Position numbers and translations under genes: made by a program. The notes beneath the pieces are model-generated. The model was given only the letters and a program-made list of their open reading frames with translations. It was not told where the DNA came from and did not search any database. This document shows, one piece after another, positions 57,123 through 64,000 of a stretch of DNA of 64,000 nt. Numbering within the stretch: the first letter of the stretch is position 1; each line of letters opens with the position of its first letter. This stretch comes from Gekko japonicus (Eukaryota), in NCBI RefSeq assembly GCF_001447785.1, contig NW_015169173.1, forward strand, positions 1,025,979 through 1,089,978, read 5' to 3'.

Positions 57123-60100
57123 ATGGCAGCGTCGGGGACTGGGCTGCATACGGAGGCGGACGAGTTCGAGGACGCGCCTGACGTGGAGCCGCTGGAGCCG
57201 ACCCTGAGCAATATCATTGAACAGCGAAGCCTGAAATGGATTTTCGTCGGAGGGAAGGGCGGTGTCGGCAAGACCACCTGCAGGTCAGCTGGCGGAGGAG
57301 GACGGGGGCGGCCCCGGCGGGGCTCTTGTGCTGTATGTTAGGCAGCTATTATTAGGTGCAAGCTCGCCGTCGCTGTATCTTCTGTGCGGTGAAAACTCCA
57401 CCTGTTGAGCTTCTGCACCGTATAGCTGTCAAAGGCAGAGGAGCCGTGGGGTGGGGAGGTAAGCTAGGAAGGCGTAGCTGGACTCTTCCGATGTGGGCGG
57501 TGCACAGTGGAGAAGGGAATTTGCTAGCCAAGCAGGGCCAGTACACACGTGTTCTGGTGTGTAGCTGTATCATGCGGTTTGAGAGTCCTTTCGTTTCAAG
57601 GAAGGAGCCTACTGAAAAGGCTAGAAGCTTGCTTTCCAACTATTTCTAGCTAATGTTTTAATGCTAGTTTTTTATGACTTTGTGAGTTCAGGGTTAACTA
57701 CTTTAACTCATTCGACCTTAGGCTGTTCCGGAAAGTTTTTATTAAGTTGAAATTCAGTGGAGTCTGCTGATTTGCACAAGTGCTCCACTGCCAGACTGTT
57801 TTCTAGATTTTGCTTAAAAGGCTAGTTTTGTTTGATTAAAAACCCTGAATTGGGTCAGTAGGCCTTAAAGCCAGCCTTCTCCTTTGTACCTCATCACAAT
57901 CTTTTATCTCTGCAGATACTGCCTTTTGATTATATAAACTGAGTGCAAGGAATAGGGTTCTTGGAAGCTTGTATTGTAGAAATATTAGACTTTGTTGTTG
58001 TTGTTAAACTGCCTTTTGGTGCCTGGGCTTTTGAAGACCTGAACTCTGAGTACATGTTTTAACAATTTTCTTATGGCATGTAATGATAAAGTGAGCTTCT
58101 GTTATGTTGGTTTTTGTTTTAAAGATTACAGGCTATTATGGGGCAGGACTGGCGGCTTAAGTGTTCTTTGGAGTAAGTCTAACTGAATTTTGGCCCCGGT
58201 CACACGTGCCGGATATCGCGGGAAGGAGGCGTGGCTAATTGCCCCGGCGCAGTATGATCCGCGATTACACGATCAGATGCGCCGGCGGCACACCATGGGT
58301 CCTTCCCTCGGCGCCGGCAGGTAAACGAGGGACCGGAGGGGAATGCCGCGTGCCGGCACAATCACACCACTGGAGTCTGGAGGCAGCCCATGGCAAACGT
58401 TTACTAGTACTTTGGAGGTACTAGTTCTTAAACGCGTATTTTCGGTGCGCTCCACTTCCCAGATGTTGGGGTGTGATCGCGCCCAGATAATCCGCCCACC
58501 ATCCGTGCCTCTCCCGCCGCAACTTTGCCGTGTGACCGGGGCCTCTATAGGACTTACTTCTGAGTAAATATGCATGTGTTCATACTACATATCAATGTAA
58601 CTACAGCACACTTGTGAGTAGCTACTCATGTGTTGCAAAGAATCACTTTTGGGTGACCAAGTAGGCTGGCATTTGTAAATTAGAAAACAGCCAGAAATTT
58701 GTTTTGCCACTATGGAAACATTTGTGTTTTGGTAACTTTTGTGAACTTACTTGCAGACAGAAATTGAGATGGCTGAACTCTCCAATGCATCCCCCCCTCC
58801 CACTTTGATGTTTCCTGGACACAAACCTTGTCATTAGCCTCTGGATCATAAACTTTAGAGTGGGCAGACTGTCTGGGATTGGGACCACTGGACATCTTAG
58901 GCTGTTTTCTATATATTGTCATTAATAACTGCCCCTTGCTTCACTTTCTGAACCCAGCTGCAGCCTAGCTGTGCAGCTTTCCAAAGTACGTGAGAGCGTT
59001 CTCATCATCTCCACTGATCCTGCTCACAACATTTCAGATGCCTTCGATCAGAAATTTTCCAAGGTTCCCACCAAAGTGAAGGGCTATGACAACCTTTTTG
59101 CTATGGTGAGTAACTAATTCCTTCTAATAGTGTAGTCAAAGAGCTTGTTCTATAAAAAATATTGTGTTTGCTTCTTTTTTGTTGTTGTGTACTAGGGTAT
59201 GGTTGGTGATTCTTCTTTTCCTGGCCCTGTTCCACTGGCAGTATAGAAGAGGGAGAAAAGGTTATGCCTGTTTCCTAACTGAATAAATTTCATAAACCTT
59301 TATCTTCTCCCTAACTCCATTCTAAACAAAGAAGTCCTATTTTTGGTCTCTCTTCCTAGGGAAGCAGCTAAAGACTGGGATAAAAAAGTTTTTCTGTGGT
59401 AGCTAAGAAAGTATCTAGTTTTGAAAAACACAACCTCTGTTTATTAGCTTAATGTTAAAACTGAGATAATTCAATTTGTTAATTCTTACGAGAAAATATT
59501 AATGAAATGAACATTATGGTCAAAATGGCACCAATATTAAGCACTTTTAAATCTCATGTCACTTAGAAAGTTATGTATGTGGTTAACTCTCCCGCTTAAC
59601 ATCGAAGGAATGTCTGTATGTAATCTTTGACTAGATTGTGCCTTTAGTTTTGTGTAAAGTTGCCTGTGGTGGGTTACATAACTATATTCTTGTCTGTAGA
59701 TCCGATCCAATTGTAACTTTCCAGGATGCTTAAGTATACACAATACCACTGCAACATATTTAATAAATAATTTTATTCTAATCACAAAGTCAACATTGTG
59801 CACGGTTCCTATAATTTTGAGTAAGTAAAGGTAATTTTGAGTACAAAGCGATTAATGTGAGGTTTGATAGGCTTGTATTTGTAATGTCTAAGATCTGTTA
59901 TTAGTTGTACAAACCAGGAATTCCAGCTTTATATCCTAAGCATCACTGCTTCTTGTTGAACAGTCAAATGGCCTTGCCACTGTTTTGTGAATGTTAAGCA
60001 TATTTCTTCTGTCCTTGCTTGTTCCAGGAGATTGATCCTAGCTTGGGTGTGGCTGAGCTTCCAGATGAATTCTTTGAAGAGGATAACATGCTAAGTATGG

Positions 60101-63100
60101 GCAAGAAGATGATGCAGGAGGCAATGAGTGCCTTTCCTGGTATTGATGAAGCCATGAGCTATGCTGAAGTGATGAGGTGAGGATTATGCTTCTGGACATT
60201 TAGCTTACTGCCATCCTTCTGCTTATCTAAGGCTTATTTCAGAAGCAGAGGAACAAAGGTCTTTACTGTATTATACTATTGTAGGATTGGACAAAGTAGA
60301 GGTGAGAATCTCATCCGTATTGATCTCCCAGTGACCTGGGAAAGTATATAATTTGTAGCTGCAGTAGATTGTGTGGCTTGGACTTATTTGTGCATGCACT
60401 TTTTTGTTGAGCACAGGTTGGATTTTGCACACATACTCTTTTTTCTCACAGTAGAAGAAGTAGTAGCATTTACTGAATACTGGGGGAATAGGGGCTCAAG
60501 GTGGGATTGTATTTTCACTAGATACCACCTTCTGTACTGTATTTGCAATTCAATATTTGTGCAAGTTCAAGCTGATAGAATTGTGCTTCAGTTACCAGAT
60601 TGCATGTGTGATAGCCAAGCCATGCTGTAATACAACAGTACCTGTGCTGGGTTTCTTAGACCTTGGCTGTGGTCACACTGGCGGCGTGGCATGGTATGGT
60701 GGCGCTTCAGATTGTACCAATTCAAAGCGTAGTGGAGCATTTCATCCAGACCGCACACCCTGTGGTGGGTTACCACACGGCCACCCCATGGGGGAGCATC
60801 CACATTAGTGTTGCACTTCAACCACAGGAGTAGCTGTAAGGGTGGGTTTTATTTAAATGCACACAGATGCATTTAAATAAACCCCCCAGTGGTGGAAACG
60901 GATCTGCACGTTCAGACGTCCCTTCCGGGTTCCTTTCACTGCAGGAGAGAGCAGACGTCAGAAAACCCGGAGGGTTCATACCGGACTTTCCCTGGTATCT
61001 GTTTATTCCACTTCCATTGTGGAACAGCATGGGCTGTTGATGACTGCGCCACAGGAGGCAGATGTCCTTGTCTGGAGGGGGCCATTTATTCCGCTCAGGT
61101 AACGCCACTATAGCGCCACAAACTGCACGTGTGACTGCAGCCCTGATCTCTGTAGCAAGGAACTAAATCTGTTTGTGCATGATGCTTTTTTTTGTCTCAG
61201 ACAAGGAGAGAGTAATCTCCCCTTGCAGTGGAGTTGCAAGTGTGCTTCAACAGAAATAAGAGTTATGGGAAGGTCCTTCTTAGTGTACAAAAAAGGGGCA
61301 GAGAAGAATAGAACATTAAGATGCAAAGTGATTTCTAATGTTCCTGTCTCCAAGGGCTGCTCAGGGTTCTCTCTCTGGTATGTGCAGGTTGGTGAAAGGG
61401 ATGAATTTCTCCGTGGTGGTGTTTGACACAGCACCCACGGGGCACACGTTACGGCTGCTCAACTTCCCCACCATCGTGGAGCGGGGACTAGGTCGCCTGA
61501 TGCAGATAAAGAACCAGATCAGCCCCTTCATATCGCAGGTAAAGACAGAGAGGAATCAGAATCGCCATGCTCTCTGGTTGAAAAGACCATGCCATAGATT
61601 TATCATAAATTCCTTCAAATGGTGCTCCTGCCTAGTCCCCAGAGTTTTTGCAGTGCTTGGGAGCAGTATTAAAACGCCCAGTTCTGGGAGTGGTTAACTT
61701 GCTTGTTAAGTGTGGTGTTGAGTATTTCCCACAGTATATGGGCCCAGGACTTTGGTCTGGATTAAGCTGCTTACCAGTTTGATGCCTTACCCCTTTCTCT
61801 TAGCTTTTTTGGCCATACAATGTTGATAGGCCCTCTGTTGGTAAAAGCCCTTCATTGCATCTTCCTGAAGCCTATCTGTCTGTTCTTCGCTAGATGTGCA
61901 ACATGCTTGGTTTGGGAGACATGAATGCTGACCAGCTAGCCTCCAAGCTAGAGGAGACTCTCCCTGTCATCCGCTCAGTGAGCGAGCAGTTCAAGGATCC
62001 GGCAAGTACTCTGCAAAGATGGGGGCGGGATGGGGTGCTACAGCTAGGAGGAGCGGTGGAGAAGGAGCCTAGTGTCGTATCTGACTCCAGGAAGGCAGGA
62101 ATCAAGTGAATCTTGGTGCAGTTTCGTGACATGCTCATAGCTTGTGGTAAAAGCTGGATGCTGCTTTGCATAGACTAAACTAAATATAGGATTGTATCTC
62201 CAGGCCCTGGATGGTTTTTACCCTAAGGAGCTTACAGTCTGCATTTTGGCACTGAGCTTTTGGTTAGTGTCTGTGAGACAGACGACCAGTGGGTGAATGA
62301 ACACACAAATGCAAGGTGGTCTTATAGGAGCACATGCTTGTATCTTTGTGCTCTGACTGGCCCTTCCAGCTATAGCATCAATTAATCAGGAAAACAGAGA
62401 GACTCCTCAGATTAGAATGCACATTTTACATGCTGGGAAGAAAGAGTTTTGAAACAAGGATCCTCTTAGTTTCACTCCCCTCCAGAGCAATGGTGGGATT
62501 TCACATTACTTGAGTCTAAATGAATTTTCCATTCATTCATGGTAGGGACATGTAATGACTGCTTGAGGTTACCTATGGAACTACCTAAGTAGAGTTGAGA
62601 GTTGAACTTGAGTCTTTGGCATCCTAGTTCAGTCTTCCTTTCATTTGTGAACTCCTTCACTGAGGCTGGCAAGGTCCTAGCAGCCACGCAATAAGTGCAT
62701 GTCAGTCTCATTTATTTTTCTAGCGATACATTCCAGCTTTGATTGCTAAGTATATGCTGTAATTTTGCAACTTGGCTAGTGGACAACATCTACTGCACCC
62801 TTGCTGTCCAGGTCCTTAGTTACTCCTTCCAATCCCTGTGCAAAGAACCAAGCTTTGTTGAAGAGGTGTAGAGGATACTGTGCTGATCTTTGCAATGTTA
62901 AATTTGCCTGGAGAAATCTCTGTCAACTTTTACTGTCTTGAGGAGTAACAGCATTTTCTTAGGTGTCGTTTTGTAATTGTGGGTGTGGCAGAACTGGCAC
63001 ACCTGCAACTGGCCCAGTGTCATTAAGTTCTGGACTCATCCCTTTTAAAAGAGGGAAATTACTGCAGAGTGAAGGAGCTATGAGAGTACATGGTCCTGGG

Positions 63101-63927
63101 AAATTTCAGTTAGATACATTCCAAGGCCTGGGGAGTTTTAAGTAGAGCAATTGGGTGGGTGTGTCTGTCTTGCTATCCTTTGTATCTTTCATGCTAGAGC
63201 AGGTAAGGGATGGGATTCCTGTCTTTTTGCTTTGCAACTAATTGCACAAGTGTGTTAGCTTCTTAGATGGGAAGTATGTTATCCAAAAGCAGTTGGAAGA
63301 GAGTAAGCATGTAAATGGTTAAACTAGTTAGTTCAGGCTTGCAAATAGCCAGTAGTCTGGCCTCTTGGGACAGGAAACAATTTCAAAGAGAGTTTAGAAA
63401 GAGAGACTGCTGAATTGCAACTGACCATGAAGCTCAAGACAAGAGTAAAAGTCCAGTACCACCTTAAAGACTAACAAAATTTGTGGTAAGGTATGAGCTT
63501 TCGTGAGTCACTGCTCACTTCTTCAGATAGTACTCCACAGCCGTCCTTTCTCCCTCTGCTGGTAAAGCAGAAGGATGACATGCAGCAGGGGGGCACCGTT
63601 GGGAGTTAGGGTGGGAAAATTAGAAGGGAATTGTATGGGCAAGGTGTGTGGAACGGAATGACTGACTAACCCCTGTATTCTTGTGTTGCTGAACTTGTGG
63701 TACATTTCACTCTCCTTTTTCCCCCTCAGGAGCAAACTACATTCATCTGTGTTTGCATTGCTGAGTTCCTCTCTCTGTACGAAACAGAGCGGCTCATCCA
63801 GGAGCTGGCCAAGTGCAAGATCGACACCCACAACATCATAGTCAATCAGTTGGTCTTCCCTGACCCAGAGAAGCCCTGCAAGATGTGTGAGGCCCGGCAC
63901 AAGATCCAGTCCAAATACCTTGACCAG
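57123..63927 (+). CDS. GET3: ATPase GET3/ASNA1/TRC40, coding exons 1-6 (last exon beyond window)
   Basis: join(57123..57283,58958..59105,60028..60176,61388..61538,61894..62001,63730..63927). Deviant Walker [25 protein letters not shown] and CKMC zinc-dimer motifs are present. Intron 5 is GC-AG. Confidence 0.97.
58192..58543. mobile_element. CpG-rich MITE, probably PIF/Harbinger
   Basis: Perfect 15-bp TIRs GGCCCCGGTCACACG and CGTGTGACCGGGGCC; 3-bp flanks ttt/tct. Confidence 0.78.
60665..61142. mobile_element. MITE, probably PIF/Harbinger
   Basis: TIRs GGCTGTGGTCACAC and GTGTGACTGCAGCC (12/14), with internal palindrome tttatttaaatgca...tgcatttaaataaa. Confidence 0.7.
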
Positions 63928-64000
63928 GTATGGTTATAAGGAGATGGTGCTCTAATTCCGTTACCTCTTTCACATCCATTAATGGAGGAAGCAAGAGCAG

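Overview
This is eukaryotic, intron-rich vertebrate DNA. The repeat content (Sauria-type SINE, RTE-BovB, squamate tRNA-SINEs, 5S-headed SINEs, L2, L1) indicates a squamate reptile, probably a gecko (inference). Gene order matches my recollection of human 19p13.13: FBXW9 (5' part, -), TNPO2 (complete, 23 coding exons, 888 aa, -), TRIR/C19orf43 (complete, 143 aa, -) and GET3/ASNA1 (6 of 7 coding exons, +), with TRIR and GET3 head-to-head on one CpG island. An extra, intact three-exon RNF11-family RING-H2 E3 ligase gene (157 aa, +) lies between TNPO2 and TRIR. It looks like a whole-genome-duplication paralogue absent from the human locus. TNPO2 also contains a U12-type intron, two C/D-box snoRNAs with an identical SNORD41-like guide, a candidate in-frame tandem acceptor, and a 3'-UTR intron holding a TSD-flanked chimera of a U1 snRNA fragment and a retroposon tail. 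Other points are a GC-AG intron in GET3, a Helitron remnant, a hAT remnant flanked by a 41-bp direct repeat, and nested transposon insertions. Exon boundaries were read by hand and checked for reading frame. Comparisons with known sequences are from memory, not database searches. I see no convincing evidence of a wholly new biological system; the RNF11 paralogue, the snoRNA pair and the U1 chimera are the best candidates for being under-described. Assembly gaps are at 36830-36839 and 51192-51206.
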